Below, one piece after another: positions 48,995-62,471 of a stretch of DNA of 64,000 bases. Source of the stretch: Octopus sinensis (lineage: Eukaryota); assembly GCF_006345805.1 (NCBI RefSeq), contig NC_042997.1:168950001-169014000 (forward strand). The letters are read 5' to 3'. A program made the translations under genes and the position numbers. Below the pieces are notes generated by a model, which made no database searches, was not told the DNA's origin, and worked only from the letters and a program-made list of their open reading frames with translations. Every line of letters starts with the position of its first letter. The stretch's first letter is position 1.

Positions 48995-51900
48995 TTATTT
49001 CACACTCCAGAGGTTGTCGACAAACCAAATCATTTCATCCACATTTTATAATAAGTGGTGATCCGTTCAACCACAGGCCAGTATGCATGTGCATCGAACT
49101 CTTGCAAAATTATACGTGATGTTGCATCATTCTATTGTTGGTATTTAACATAAAAATATAAGATAGTTATAGAATACTTAGTACTATATTCACAGTACAA
49201 CAAAAGAAAGAACATTATGAAGAAATGTTTCAAACTTACAAATTCGCAAATGAAGCAAAACCTTTATAATTAACACAAAATATAACAAAAGTTATTGAAA
49301 TTGGCATTCTTTTTGTTCTTTATGGTCTGTTAGAATTGTTTACTGCTATTATATTTAAGTAATGGTTTGATACACTTCATTGTCAACTGTTTTCAAACTT
49401 ACTGCTGTATAAATAGTGGGTTTTTGTATCATAGAGCGGATAGTATGATCGAGGTTTACGGTTTTCATAAAGGAAGGGCTGAATTTCAGATTGAAGATCT
49501 CGAAATAAGTGTCTTGTTGAGATTATATCATGTCTTCTTGTTACCAAAACGAATGAAGACATATTGGTAAACGTGTACTTCAATCGCAGGCAAATTTTCC
49601 ACAAAGCTTGGCACACCGACTAAAGTAAACTGAGTGGCGTTGAATAATAGCTTGAGAAGTTACTTTTCTTAAGCAAAATGCGAGAGAATAACATACAGCC
49701 TTATGACATACTCTCAAAATGTAAGAGGTGTTCGTTGTAGTAATTGACTTTGATCCAACAATATCAAGTGACAGTCGCTGTCAAGGTCTTGTTGATTGTA
49801 TCAGTTTGGTCGGTTGTAATTTTGATGAAGGTTTCAACTTTGCACACATATGACATGATATAATTTTATCCTTAACGTATTTTCCTAATTGAATGCTTTC
49901 GTAAAAACAATTTTTCTACCTAAGCCATGATGTACTATTTCTTCGTGAGTTTTCTTAGTTACATCAACTTGTTCATCATTTGACATCAATTCATTATCGT
50001 TGGCAATTGCTTAAATTCTACTCAAAGAGTTAGCAACGAAGTTCTCATTTCCTGGACGGCATTCTATTTCACATGAGTACTCTGAGATCTGTAATCCACA
50101 GCAACACAGTTTATTATTATAATAGCAGACTTTGGTCAAATAGAATAGTTATTACTTGTTCATGTGTAACTAGTTAGAGCTTTTATGTTAAAGTGTAATA
50201 TCGCACTCTTTTCTGATGATTTGACAATTGCAATGGACCGTTTCTTTGACTGACTGGCACTGAATCTTCTTTCTTTCCTTTTCAGGTGCCATGTCCAGAA
50301 TGTAGGACATAGGCGATCATGTCTTGCCACAATTCTCTGTTCTTTGTTTTCTGCAACAGTTCCACTTATGATATTTAATGCCTCTTTTTTCCAACAAGTT
50401 CATCATGATTGACATCCATATCATCCTTCTTCTTCCTCTGTTCCTTTCCCCTTCAATCTTTTCAGTCCTTGCTAAATTCTCCGGACTTTCTTTCCTTATC
50501 ATATGACTTAGATAGCTCATTTGTTTGGACCTTATTTCACGAAGTAGTTTAATATTTACCATAGCCCGGTTCAGCACTTCTTCATTAGACACTTTGTCCA
50601 TATTATCTTCATTATTCTCTTTAAGAACCACATTTCACAACTCACCAAGCACTTTCTCGTTCCTGATGTTATAGACCATATCTCACATCCATACAGGGTA
50701 GACATAGCAACTAAATATACGGATCTTGGTCTTGATGCTCATAGTATGGTTATTCAAGTGATTGTCGATTTTATTTTCTTAATTACAACAAAGGCTGGAA
50801 AATGTTGTTCCCAGGGAGGCCAGGGTATTTTATATAAAATGCCATCACTTTTGTTGACTACAACAAAGTAGGTTATGGTATACATAGAAGGTTTAATTAT
50901 TTCTTTAGCTAACATTGTATTAATTTTGCTCTTATTGAATTGGTAGTCTTTGACAGAGCGATTCCCAATGAAGCAACAAGTATTGCTTCAAAAATTCGTA
51001 AGCTTGAGCCAGTGACTATTCTAAATTTCGAAAGCGTTTCAAATATGTCATAAAATTTTCGGATTCAGCGTATGCAAAAGTTTGCCTCTGAGTTCTATCC
51101 AAAGTAACTGAAAATGGAATAATAGAAGCATTCCTAAGATAGAAGAATCAGATATTTCACAGGCAACGTTAAATTTCAGTTACTGAGTAACAATTGTTTA
51201 TTTCAATGTCTAGAATTGGCTTCCAATTATATCGAGCTTGTTTCTACCAATAGATTACGCCTTTTGTAGTATTATTTAACACCAATACCAAGTTTGTCTT
51301 CAGGAATCAAAATCATTTCACTATCAGTAAGCCACCTTTGACCGTGACCATTCACAGGACCAAATGTTAATTAATTAATAATTAGATCATTGACTGTATA
51401 ATACAATTGAAACATTATTTATCTGCAGCAGCGCATCGTTTATGACCATGAAAGATTGACAACAAAAACCAGTTTTAGCTTGAAAATATTTCCCAACAGC
51501 AACAGTATAAGAATTAGAATTTGTTATAATGTTATCCATAACACTAACAGTAGTCTCTTCTGGTCGTCCTATAGAAACAGTGTCCTGTAAAAACTTATCA
51601 GTTTAATGAAACAAAGTAAAGCTATGGCAAACTATTTTTAGCATAGTTTCCCTGTTAAGTCCTTGACAGAAACCATTTCGAAGAATTTCTGTAAATGATG
51701 TAGGAAAGTTACAATTTTGGTATTTATCTAAGAGAACTAATAAAAATCATTTGTAGGTTGTCTGGTTGTTGCTTAGGTGAATATAATTTTATTCATTCAA
51801 TGAGTATCTTCTGTAGTTAATAAATTTAGATGTAATCAAAAGTTTTGCTTTTGAATAGTGTTTAAGGTCAATTCAGCCATTTCTTTTGTAATTTCAAGTT

Positions 51901-52350
51901 ATTTCAATAAAGTACCCTATTTCAGTATTGTAGCTGGTTGCTGCATCCGCGAGGTTTAATAGAAATAAATCCATTTTTTTCGTCCTCACTTCGTTTCGTA
52001 TATCTGAGATAACTTTCAAACTAAACAATAAATTCACCAAAAGCTTCTGCACATTCATTCTTTAAAATAGAAAGTCGATTCTTTATGATGGCATTGTTGA
52101 CTATAAAGTCGTTTCTGAAGTGTGAAGATTGTTGTAGACCATAATTTAAAAGAGCCGATATCCAAGCAAAAGTTTATTTCACACTCCAGAAGTTGCTGAC
52201 AAACGAATTCATTTTCTCCACATTTTATAATAAATGGCAAGCCGTTCCATTATAGGCCAGTACACATGTACAACAAACTCCCGCAATACAACATGATCTC
52301 ACATCGTTCTACTTTTAGTACTTCACATAATTATACGATAGCTATTCAAT
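48995..52350 (-). mobile_element. Ancient decayed Ty3/Gypsy element with diverged LTR-like direct repeats
   Basis: Direct repeats at about 48995-49175 and 52174-52350 (TTTCACACTCCAGA.GTTG..GACAAAC..CCACATTTTATAATAA.TGG..CCGTTC..AGGCCAGTA). Integrase relic THEEIVHHG..CHMCAKLKP..LIQSTRP*QRLSLDIVG at about 49750-49950. Gag-like HKRCAAADK*CFNC at about 51400-51450. Confidence 0.75.
50265..50760 (-). mobile_element. RTE/BovB-type LINE 3' fragment nested in the Gypsy relic
   Basis: KVSNEEVLNRA..YLSHMIRKE..EKIEGERNRGRRRMIW, followed by a GGCACCTGA..(GAA)n tail. Confidence 0.8.
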
Positions 52351-53884
52351 TAACTAAATAACATTACGTATTGATAAGAGAATTTGTAGAGAGGATAGTT
52401 TTGTTTTTCTGGGAAAAGCAACAGTAATAACAGCAAGCATATTTCTTTGAAAATCAAAATATTGAAAGACTGAAAATTGTAGTTCATCTTTTGTTTTTGT
52501 TTTTTCTATATCCGATCTTCTGTAGACTGATATTTGATTGTAATTTCTCCAGTACTATATAGGTGAGCATCAAATTTCCCCTGGATAGGACCATTTGCAA
52601 CTTTACCACTACTGAAAATATAAAACCAATGCATCGAGCCATTAAAACATTCGTTGATTCGACGATGATGCTGTACATTAATGATCAACTCTGTCGTCTC
52701 AGAATTGTTTCAACTCCATATCTAAGAATAGATATTGCTCATGAATAAATGGCTAATATTACGATATCATCATTCATCTTTAACTTCAGTATTCTCTTTA
52801 TCTTCTTTTTGCACTCTTTTACAAGACTATTCCTTCCAGTCCTTATTTTGCGTGAACAATTTCAAGTTATCCATTTAGATTAGAAGGAAGATCATTGGCT
52901 GTCCTTACCTTCCGTAATATGCTAGTGAGTGGCAAGAGAACTATAACAAATAATAGCAATGATACGCTGTTTCGCTGAAATATTCCTCATTTCATGTTGA
53001 GTTTTCTCAGTGATTGCGTTCCAGTTACTAACTGGGCATTTCCTTGTCTCATGCTTCCACAGATTAATACTTTCATGCTATCTTCCATTCCGTAGATATT
53101 CGTGTTTGTTGTGCTCCAGCAATGTGGTAACATATCTTAAGCCTTTTTGTAATGTATTCAGGCCATCCCCAAATTTGTCAGTCCTCCTTACACTTCTTTA
53201 TTACCAATTTGCAATCAATAGTTGATCTTTCTGTCTAGAAAGCATCAGTGCCACAGCTTCCCTTCCTGCATCCTTTTTTTCCACCGGCAAAATTCTCTCT
53301 ATCCTCAAGATACTAATACAGTTCTGCTAATATGCCTGTGAGCAAATTCCACATTAAAGGAAGGCAAATTATCGACCTAAAATTAGAAACTATGTTTCCC
53401 TTATCAATATCCTTAACACACAGCGCAGTTCTTCAAGTTGTCATCCGAAGTGGGACAGTTCCCTGTTCGCGTATAGTGCTTAGAGATTCTGTTTTAATGC
53501 AGAGCTGAGAAACTCTTCGGCTAAAACCCTTGAACACCGTTTGGCTCAGGCTTCTTCCAGTTTTACGCTTTCTTCAACTATTTCCTCTCTTTTGTTGTTC
53601 CAGTAACTATATTTCCCTGTTTTTTCTATACCTTCTGTTTCTCCCTCCAGCTTCCTTAACCATTCTGCTTTGCTGATATATTCAGCGGGCTGATCCCAAA
53701 TTCCACTCCAAAATTTTCTACCTTCTTCAGCATCTAGAATAACAACCCCATTTCTTTTACACTCTAGATCAACAAATAATATTTTAAGATTTGAATAGAA
53801 CAGTTATTCTGCTTCATTTATAGTTTCTTACTTTTTAAATTTTGCATTAACTGCTACTATTTGTCTCAACTGCTAATGCACTTT

Positions 53885-54193
53885 TGTAATCTTTACGGAG
53901 GTGTACTAACAAGGAAAGGGATTTGATCTGAGACTGTGTAGTTAAGCTGTTGTGGCGAGAGTCACTGACGCTCCCGAGGGATTAAAAGAATGGACTAGCC
54001 GAAAGCTTACAAAGAGTAGCGCATTGTTTGAGACGAGAGGTCGGTAGAAACTAAAATATTTGCGGTGTAGAAAACACGTTAGTGATTCAAAAACACACAA
54101 AGACAGTTGGCTTCACTTAAACATTTATTATTAGTTATACGGTGTCAAAATTTTCGTCGCAAAATCTTCAACTTGACCACTGACAAGATTACA
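53885..54193. mobile_element. Short solo LTR, 309 bp
   Basis: Termini TGTAATCTT...AAGATTACA (9-bp inverted repeat). The 4-bp TSD CTTT/CTGT has one mismatch. It interrupts the LINE. Confidence 0.7.
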
Positions 54194-55173
54194 CTGTATC
54201 TCAATTCTACTGTAATCTCTTTTCCCGCTTTCCTATAAATGTCTCATTTTCAATTTGTTGATTCTAAACAAATCCGTCCTTAGCTGGTTCAACTTTTTTG
54301 CCCATTGCGGATTCATTGTCACTTCTATAATTTCTTTCCTTGAACTTTACTGCTTCCATTACTACATTTGCTCCAGTGCGTCATAAAATATTTGTTTCAG
54401 TTATATTACTTGTTGGAACCATGGGTAATATGACATTTACTTTTTGTGTTTCTTGTCTAAACACATTCCTATCTATATATCTTAAGTCTGGTGGCGTTTT
54501 CTCGGGATCATTGCATTTTTTCCAGAACTTTTTTCAAAGCAGTGTATTTTTTTCATCTAAACCTGCTACCTGTAACTTCCTAATTATTGCATTTTCCTCA
54601 TCTGTGTTAATTCTAATTCATCTGTGACATCTTCTTCTAATTCTGTGACTCCATCAGTCTCTTCGCCTATTCTATTTTCCATTTTTCTTCTGATTTCCTC
54701 AATTTCAATTTCAGTTAACCATTTATTTGCTCCGCTTGATCTAATATGATCAGCTAACCTTTGTTCAGTGACCTCAGAAACACCTTTGTCCTCCCATATT
54801 TGCTTCATACTTCGCTCATAAACTTTCCCCGTTGGTTCACTTTTAATGAACTCTCCATGACAATTTTATTCACCTCCTTTTAACATTTCTTCTTATGTTC
54901 AGTCTGGTTCGTAGTTTGATGAGGACCTGCAGGAACTTCTTCAAGGTCTCCATAGCTGCTTAATGAGAGACCTTCACCATCATTGGTTCCAGCTCCTATC
55001 TACATCATAATTTGTTTCAATTGTATACATATTGTATACATCGTCTTCGGTTAATTATGGTTTTTCCTTCACTCAGTGTTTTTATCGAGGCAACATCTCA
55101 AGGAAGATTGCCGACCAAAACTAAAGCCTTCATCCTACACATATGATGATGTTATTCCCCCACCGGACATCTA

Positions 55174-55693
55174 CCGTAAATCCTCGAGTATAATCCGCAA
55201 TTTCCCCCAAAATTTGAAGGTCAAAATCCCTAGTGCGTACTATATACGAGGTTAAAAATGAAAATTATTTTCTAAGCAATGTCTGAGTCTCTATTTGCTA
55301 TCTGGCAATGTTTATTCAGACGCATTTTGTGATGTCGGGCGCGAAAATACCTTAAGCTAAGCCTAAAAGCAATGAAGTCATAAAAGAATCACCCATAACT
55401 TGCACTAAGCAACATTTATTAAACGTTATTACTGTTATTACTTTTTATTTCTTTATTTTCTGAAACAAAATGCACAAAAAAGCTACACATTTGCATTATG
55501 TTATATATACAATAATAATAAAGGACGTTACTGTATACATTTTTACAAACCAAGGACGTTATATAGACCTCCTTGAGTGAAGTTAGAGAAGGAGTGCGTA
55601 TTATATACAAGGTTTAGGTTTTTCAGAGGTACAGCCCCCTAAAAATCACCTGCGTATTATACTCAAGGGCGGACTATACTCGAGGATTTACGG
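55174..55693. mobile_element. pogo/Tc1-mariner-type MITE, 520 bp
   Basis: TIRs CCGTAAATCCTCGAGTATA.TCCGC / GCGGA.TATACTCGAGGATTTACGG, flanked by TA and CA. Internal TGCGTA.TATA repeats. Confidence 0.88.
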
Positions 55694-55982
55694 CACTCGG
55701 AATTTTTTTTAATATCGGCAATTGGTTTTATTTTGGAGTTTTCCCTCTCTTAGAAAGGTTGCTGTTATCTCGGCTTTGCCAAATGGTAATCTACTTGCTC
55801 TTGTAGCAAAGAAAGACATTTTCTGTTGGGTGGCCGTTAACTTTATTCACCCTTCATTCACCCTTTGACAGGTTTTGTTTCTCGCTTTGCAGGGTTTCCA
55901 ACAAAAACCACCTTTCGCACAAAGTAAGCCATACTGTACTGGATTACAGGTTTCATCATCATCATCATCATCAACATCATCA

Positions 55983-56040
<58 letters not shown>

Positions 56041-56114
56041 GTTTCCAGAGGTGAATTATTCAAACCCCAAAGAATCCCTCTCAACACATGGCTATGATAC
56101 TCCATTATCATTAT

Positions 56115-56690
56115 TATTCAAAAGTTATTACAAGCTAATTTCATTAGCAAAGATGGCATCCTAAAGTTTGGTGACCGCAAGTCTCCACAAATCTTAAGAA
56201 TATTTCACAGGATTCTTGCAAAATACTGAGTGGCACTTTTTCTGCAGGTTGACGAATGCGCGTCTCATTTCCACCATCAGACTTAAGAGCGCTGTCTTGC
56301 ATATTCTTATCATCTATTATTTGATTACATCCCGATATTTCTAATTTTTCTCTGTTTTCTTGATTATACACTCTACCATCATACGGAATTGCAAAGTCAA
56401 GAATCTAAATGTTGTTTTTGTTTCTGTCCTGCATATCTAATCTCCTGTCTTGAATAGCATGTTTGGTCTCAATATAGAAACCCCATTAAATTTTGTGTTC
56501 ATACCACTTTTCTATCGTTTCAAATCCACGACCTTGGCTAATATGCTCATGCATTCTTTTACCTACACAGTTATGCCTGCGTTTATACTGTTTTTGTGCC
56601 AACTTACAGCATTCATTTGAGAGATGGTTATTACTTTCGTCTCTTTTTCATACATTCTTCATTTTCTGGCCTTGTGAGAAAATTTGAAAC
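56115..56690 (-). mobile_element. R4/Dong-type LINE 3' (RLE) fragment
   Basis: NHLSNECCKLAQKQYKRRHNCVGKRMH..EKWYEH..ILDFAIPYDGRV. Confidence 0.8.
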
Positions 56691-57094
56691 TATTATTGTT
56701 GTTGTTGTTGTTGTACACGCTTAGAAGAAGTCTTAATATTGTAAATTTACGATGTACATATTGCAACGATGTACACTAATAATCATAAATATACTCTCTA
56801 AATACTATAAACATGTTCATTCTATAAATTACTTATATACACTCACAATATTGTAAATATGTGCACTACAAAATATTGAAAATATTTAGTGGTTCTGTGT
56901 TGGTTGTTGATGACAATGATATATCAATTGAGAGAAACAATGTCGATTAAATATACATTAATTAGATGAATAAATTTTATTCTTTAAAATACAGAACAAC
57001 AGTCTGACGAACAATCGGTGATACTTTTTATTTACAAATATCATGCACGATTAAGTGCTGAACAGATCTGTCTGCAAAGTGTTAGGAAAGTGAG

Positions 57095-57265
57095 ATAGGC
57101 GCAGGAGTGGCTGTGTGGTATGTAGCTTGCTTACCAACCACATGGTTCCGGGTTCAGTCCCACTGCGTGACACCTTGGGCAAGTGTCTTCTGCTATAGCC
57201 TCGGGCCGACAAAAGCCTTGTGAGTGGATTTGGTAGACGGAAACTGAAAGAAGCCTGTCGTATAT

Positions 57266-57335
<70 letters not shown>

Positions 57336-57572
57336 GTATGTATGCGTGTGTATGTTTGTGTCTCTGTGTTTGTCCCCCTAGCATTGCTTGACAACCGATG
57401 CTGGTATGTTTACGTCCCCGTCACTTAGCGGTTGGGCAAAAGAGACCGATAGAATAAGTACTGGGCTTACAAAGAATAAGTCCCGGGGTCGATTTGCTCG
57501 ACTAAAGGTGGTGCTCCAGCATGGCCGCAGTCAAATAACTGAAACAAGTAAAAGAGTAAAAGAGTAAAAAGA
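57095..57572 (+). mobile_element. SINE family A, full length
   Basis: Head, expanded internal (TA)n, body and (GTAAAAGA)n tail. Confidence 0.92.
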
Positions 57573-58127
57573 GTTTGATGATATTTTGATAGGAACGTGT
57601 GTGTGTGTGTGAGAGAGAGAGAGAGTGAGAGACCACAGCCAGCAACAAATTTATCGTTTATACAGCGAAAGAAGAGTATAGAACCAACAACCCCAGGGCA
57701 GACTGGAGTTGAAAAGCGGAGACAGAGAAGTTTCATCGAACCACATTGCAATGAAGTTGCCTAACAAGAAGTTTCTGATACAAGGGATTGGGTTAAAGTG
57801 AAGTCCACAGATGGGAAGCTTTGCAAGAATTAATCACGTACAATTTACAAGTCAATAGTTTTCTGTCACCAAGGCAAGCTTTGCACATTTCAAGGCAACC
57901 TTGCACATTTATTCCGTCTACATTATTGACAGAAATGCTCAACAGATCCGTCTTCCTTTACTCTCCATACACTCATGAATATTAATTCAGATTTCTCCAT
58001 ATAAAATCTGTTACTTCGTTTTTACAAACTTACGTGTTTATTATTTATTTATATCATTATATAGAATTATAACGACGAAATTGTGAACTGTAGCGTCGTT
58101 CGGTCACAAGCTTCTAACGGAGAAGTC

Positions 58128-58204
58128 ACTGGATTGATAGCATTTCGGATGGCTTGGGATCGATAGCATTTCGGATGACTGGATTCATAGCATTTCGGAT
58201 GGCT
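58128..58204. repeat. ~24-bp tandem repeat x3 (GGATTGATAGCATTTCGGATG)
   Basis: Directly visible. Confidence 0.85.
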
Positions 58205-58260
58205 ATTACCTTAGACTTCGTTCGAAAAGCGTTTTCGCGCCGATGTTTACATACTTCGCC

Positions 58261-58390
<130 letters not shown>

Positions 58391-58438
58391 CATTGGATTA
58401 TTATTATTCTTCTTCTTATTATTATTATTATCATTATG

Positions 58439-58507
<69 letters not shown>

Positions 58508-59060
58508 GAATGAGAGAGCAGTGCATGCCATCAAAGTGACACTGGGGTACGAATATACGAAACCCAGTATACCCATCATGACAGGCCGTCTGATAAGGAT
58601 ACACCAGGCACATGCATCACAACCATATGTGCGCGACATGGTGATCTCTTATCATAATAAACAGCACATGACCTTGCAGGTGGAGTCCAGTTAGAATTTT
58701 CTTCAGGTCAAGTAGCCCATCCCGATCAAAAGGTTCCTGAATAAGGGTTGTTTAAGGATGTTGAACGAAACACCCATGTTTCCAAGGATGAATTATCCAA
58801 ATCCCAAAGAATTCCTCTCAACACATGGCTATGATGCTCCCCCACTACTCCTGCTCGTGATCAGAGTTGCACATATCGTCAGCCACTAAGGGACATACTC
58901 AACTGGTTACGGTCAAGCAACTTGACAAGCAAATCTGTGGTATTGAGCAGAATATTTGCTGTACCCCATCTTTTATACCAAGACAAAACAATGTACATAA
59001 CACTTCCAATCAGTTAAGATCAAAAGCCATGAGAGCCACTGCCTGGTACTGCATCAGGGC

Positions 59061-59062
<2 letters not shown>
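58508..59062. mobile_element. Unclassified ~555-bp non-coding element embedded in (TTA)n
   Basis: (TTA)n lies on both sides. An internal piece recurs at 56039-56104, also beside (TTA)n. Confidence 0.65.
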
Positions 59063-59132
<70 letters not shown>

Positions 59133-59276
59133 TGTACGTTAATATCGGAAGAGTCCTGTACTATCTCATAAATTAGCTGTTGTAAGTTGGAATTACTAAA
59201 ATTGCTGTCAGGTGGCACATAAGGCTTCCATCTTCTATCTTCTTTCTTTCTTTCTCTCTCTCTGTCTCTCTCTCTC

Positions 59277-59324
<48 letters not shown>

Positions 59325-59595
59325 GTCTCTGTCTCTCTCTCTCTTCTCTTCTTTAAACTTTTCGGTGGCTTTGATTCGAACCTGGTTCCACGTTCCCCAT
59401 CCCTCAACCTGTCTCTCTTTTTCAACAGGTCTTCTTCAGGTTTCACCTACATATATTGACATTGACAAAAGACAAACACATGCGCGCATGCACACCGACA
59501 CACACTCAGTTTCTCTCTGTCACATTTTATTCACATTTTATTCACAAGATCAATCTGTGGTTTGTTCGTAGAAGACGCTTGTCCACGAATAAGAG

Positions 59596-59962
59596 TGTAG
59601 TGATGCCATCTTGGAAATCTCCAGCACGCATGCGCAGGGCTGGAATCTTCCGGAAGGCCTGCCGGGAGTTACGTCATGCACATGCGCAGAAAACTAGCAG
59701 CAGCGAAATTATCTTGTGTCTCTCTCTCTTTGACGCTAGCAGCTGAACGATACAGACGTGTCTCGTGGCGCATCCCTGCTATGCTTGAACGGGCAGAATT
59801 GATTCACTCCACTAGACTACTGCCGATAAGCTCCTAGGTTGCCGAATCACCCAAAGGAAGGAAATGTTTATATTGCGAATAAAAGAATATTTATACTGTT
59901 GAAGTTAACGGAAAATCTTGACTCTTTCTTCATCCAGTGCGGGAATCTCTCATCCTGTTACA
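59596..59962 (+). mobile_element. Solo LTR, 367 bp
   Basis: Termini TGTAG...TTACA, perfect 4-bp TSD AGAG, and AATAAA at 59878. Confidence 0.88.
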
Positions 59963-60524
59963 AGAGTCAAACGCGCTACATGCGGTTGCGTATCTAACCT
60001 CTTAACTGTACAGAACATCTGTTTATAATCTAACTCTATGATATATGCAAATTTAATTTAACACTAGTCATTAATACCATTATGCCATTGGCATTGTGGC
60101 ACCTATCTAATGATAATGCAGCATGATAAAGCAGTGAAGACGTCTGAAAATTTTCTTTGACTCAACTTCATTACAGTATTCTCCTGTTCGTTTCCTAAGC
60201 GATACGAATGTAGTATTTAAGAAATAAATAATGTATGTTTTAGCAAATTTACTGAGTAAATTTAAAACAGCTGAATCGCGGAAAACATACGTCGTTACAG
60301 TTTGGCTAATGTAGTGCTGTAGTTGTAAGCAAAGTGATTTGATAATGATAGGCAATAGGAAGGTTAACGTCTTGATATTTTCATAGATGGCATGAGGAAG
60401 GAATGAGAGAAAGAAAGAAAGAAAGAAAGAAAAACACAGCAAGAAAATAAATTAGAAAGAAAGGAAAAGACGTGTGTGCACGCGAACGCATACACACACT
60501 CACACATACTTTCATTTATATTTA

Positions 60525-61288
60525 TTATTTCTTTATTACCCATAAGGGGCTAAACATAGGGGGGACAAACAAGGACAGACAAAGGTATTAAGTCGACTAC
60601 ATCGACCCCCAGTGCGTAACTGATACTTAATCTATCGACCACGAAAGGATGAAAGGCAAAGTCGACCTCGGCGGAATTTGAACTCAGAACATAACTGCAG
60701 ACGAAATACCTATTTCTTTACTACCTACAAGGGGCTAAACACAGAGAGGACAGACAAACGGATAAATCGATTATATCGACCCCAGTGCGTAACTGGTACT
60801 TATTTAATCGACCACGAAAGGATGAAAGGCAAAGTCGACCTCGGCGGAATTTGAACTCAGAACATAACTGCAGACGAAATACCTATTTCTTTACTACCCA
60901 CAAGGGGCTAAACACAGAGAGGACAAACAAACGGATAAATCGATTATATCGACCCCAGTGCGTAACTGGTACTTATTTACTCGACACCGAAAGGATGAAA
61001 GGCAAAGTCGACCTCGGCGGAATTTGAACTCAGAACATAACTGCAGACGAAATACCTATTTCTTTACTACCTACAAGGGGATAAACACAGAGAGGACAAA
61101 CAAGGACAGACAAACGGATTAAGTCGATTATATCGACCCCAGGGCGTAACTGGTACTTATTTATTCGACGCCGAAAGGATGAAGGCAAAGTCGACCTCGG
61201 CGGAATTTGAACTCAGAACGTAGCGACAGACGAAATACTGTGAAGCATTTCGCCCGGCGTGCTAACGTTTCTGCCAGCTCGCCGCCTT
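60525..61288 (-). mobile_element. SINE family B tetramer
   Basis: One head and four units with three identical GACGAAATACC|TATTTCTTT junctions. TSD CATTTATATTTAT. Confidence 0.93.
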
Positions 61289-61311
61289 CAACTTACATTT
61301 ATATTTATACA

Positions 61312-61854
61312 CTAGCTAAGTATCCCGTCATTGTTGAGTATCCTGTCGTTGCTGAGAAATATTCACACTAGAATGCCTTGGCAAACTTTCGGAATAGCAC
61401 ATCAACATAAGTTGGACTTACTCCGTTTTGACAGGGATTTTCAATTTTTTGGTTTTCTTTTGGTTTTTTTGCCGCACCCTTGCAAATGATGGGGGAAGCT
61501 TTTTATGAAGAAAAAAAAGAAAGTTTTCGGAAATATATGAATTCTCCTTCTTCTTCTTCTGAACCGATTTTGTCAATTTTTTTTTTTTTTTGCACTACGC
61601 AAAACAATGCGAGAACCCTTGAAGGTAAAAAAAAGAAAATTTGGAAATCATCAGTCACCATTGCAATCCCCACTTCCTTTACTTTCAAATAGAAAATGAA
61701 AGGTAATTTCAGTAGCAAAACTTGAAAATTTTTTTCACTAATCCCGGCCCCTCATAAATCCTAAAATGTCGGGGTATTTTTTTCTTTCAAAATGTTTTTA
61801 ATCATAGTTTTAAAATACGGACAGTCCGAATCTTCAATTTATTTATGTTTATGA
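61312..61854 (-). mobile_element. Non-autonomous Helitron
   Basis: Minus strand starts a|TCATAAACATAAATAAATTGAAG and ends ..GACGGGATACTTAGCTAG|t. Confidence 0.6.
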
Positions 61855-62249
61855 TTTCAAAATAATTTTCAGACAAAAAGGTGTGTGATTTAAGGGAGAT
61901 TTAGCTGTTCTTTCTAGCACATCCTACGGTCAACTGGCACTAACCGTGTATCGAGTTTACGGTATAGTGTGTGTGTCAAATGATACAAGGGGAGGGGAGG
62001 TTCTCCTAGGGGATTTAGTGTTGTAGGGGTTGTGTCAAGGATTTCTTTACACAGGTGGGTGATGTAGCATTTTTTGGCCGATAGGTGGACGATATTGCAA
62101 TTTGGCGCGAAAAATTTGGTAAACACTGGACGATATGTTTTTTTTAAATTTTGAAACTGATGCTCAGAGGTTGTCGCATGATTCGAGTGTAGTATGAAAC
62201 TCGAGTTGTGCAGGAAATTCTCATCTTCAGCGCCTTAACTGTGCTGTGC

Positions 62250-62284
<35 letters not shown>

Positions 62285-62417
62285 TGCCCGCGCGTGTATA
62301 TGTAACACACATGTGCATATATACACACATACATAAATATGTATATGTATGTATGCATGTATGTATGTATTTATGTATGAATACTTACATATAAGAGAAC
62401 AAAGTGTACGTACGCTG

Positions 62418-62471
<54 letters not shown>

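Larger units (their letters stand above)
52690..55955 (-). mobile_element. Decayed R4/Dong-type LINE (5' region and RT) with a nested solo LTR and MITE
   Basis: N-terminal MKQIWEDKGVSEVTEQRLADHIRS..WLTEIEIEEIRR. RT relics [40 protein letters not shown] and YKKA*DMLPH. The 5' end abuts (TCA)n/(TTA)n. Boundaries are approximate. Confidence 0.82.

Noticed and set aside
52484-52688. Possible host exon (GPIQGKFDAHLYSTGEITIKYQ)
   Set aside because: Short, ends in a stop, sits between transposon relics, and matches no family I can name with confidence.
60525-61288. CRISPR-like array interpretation of the tandem units
   Set aside because: The units are contiguous ~180-bp SINE bodies with no unique spacers and no cas genes, in a eukaryotic context.
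61914-62126. 70-aa minus-strand ORF
   Set aside because: No diagnostic motif; probably a fragment of an unidentified repeat.
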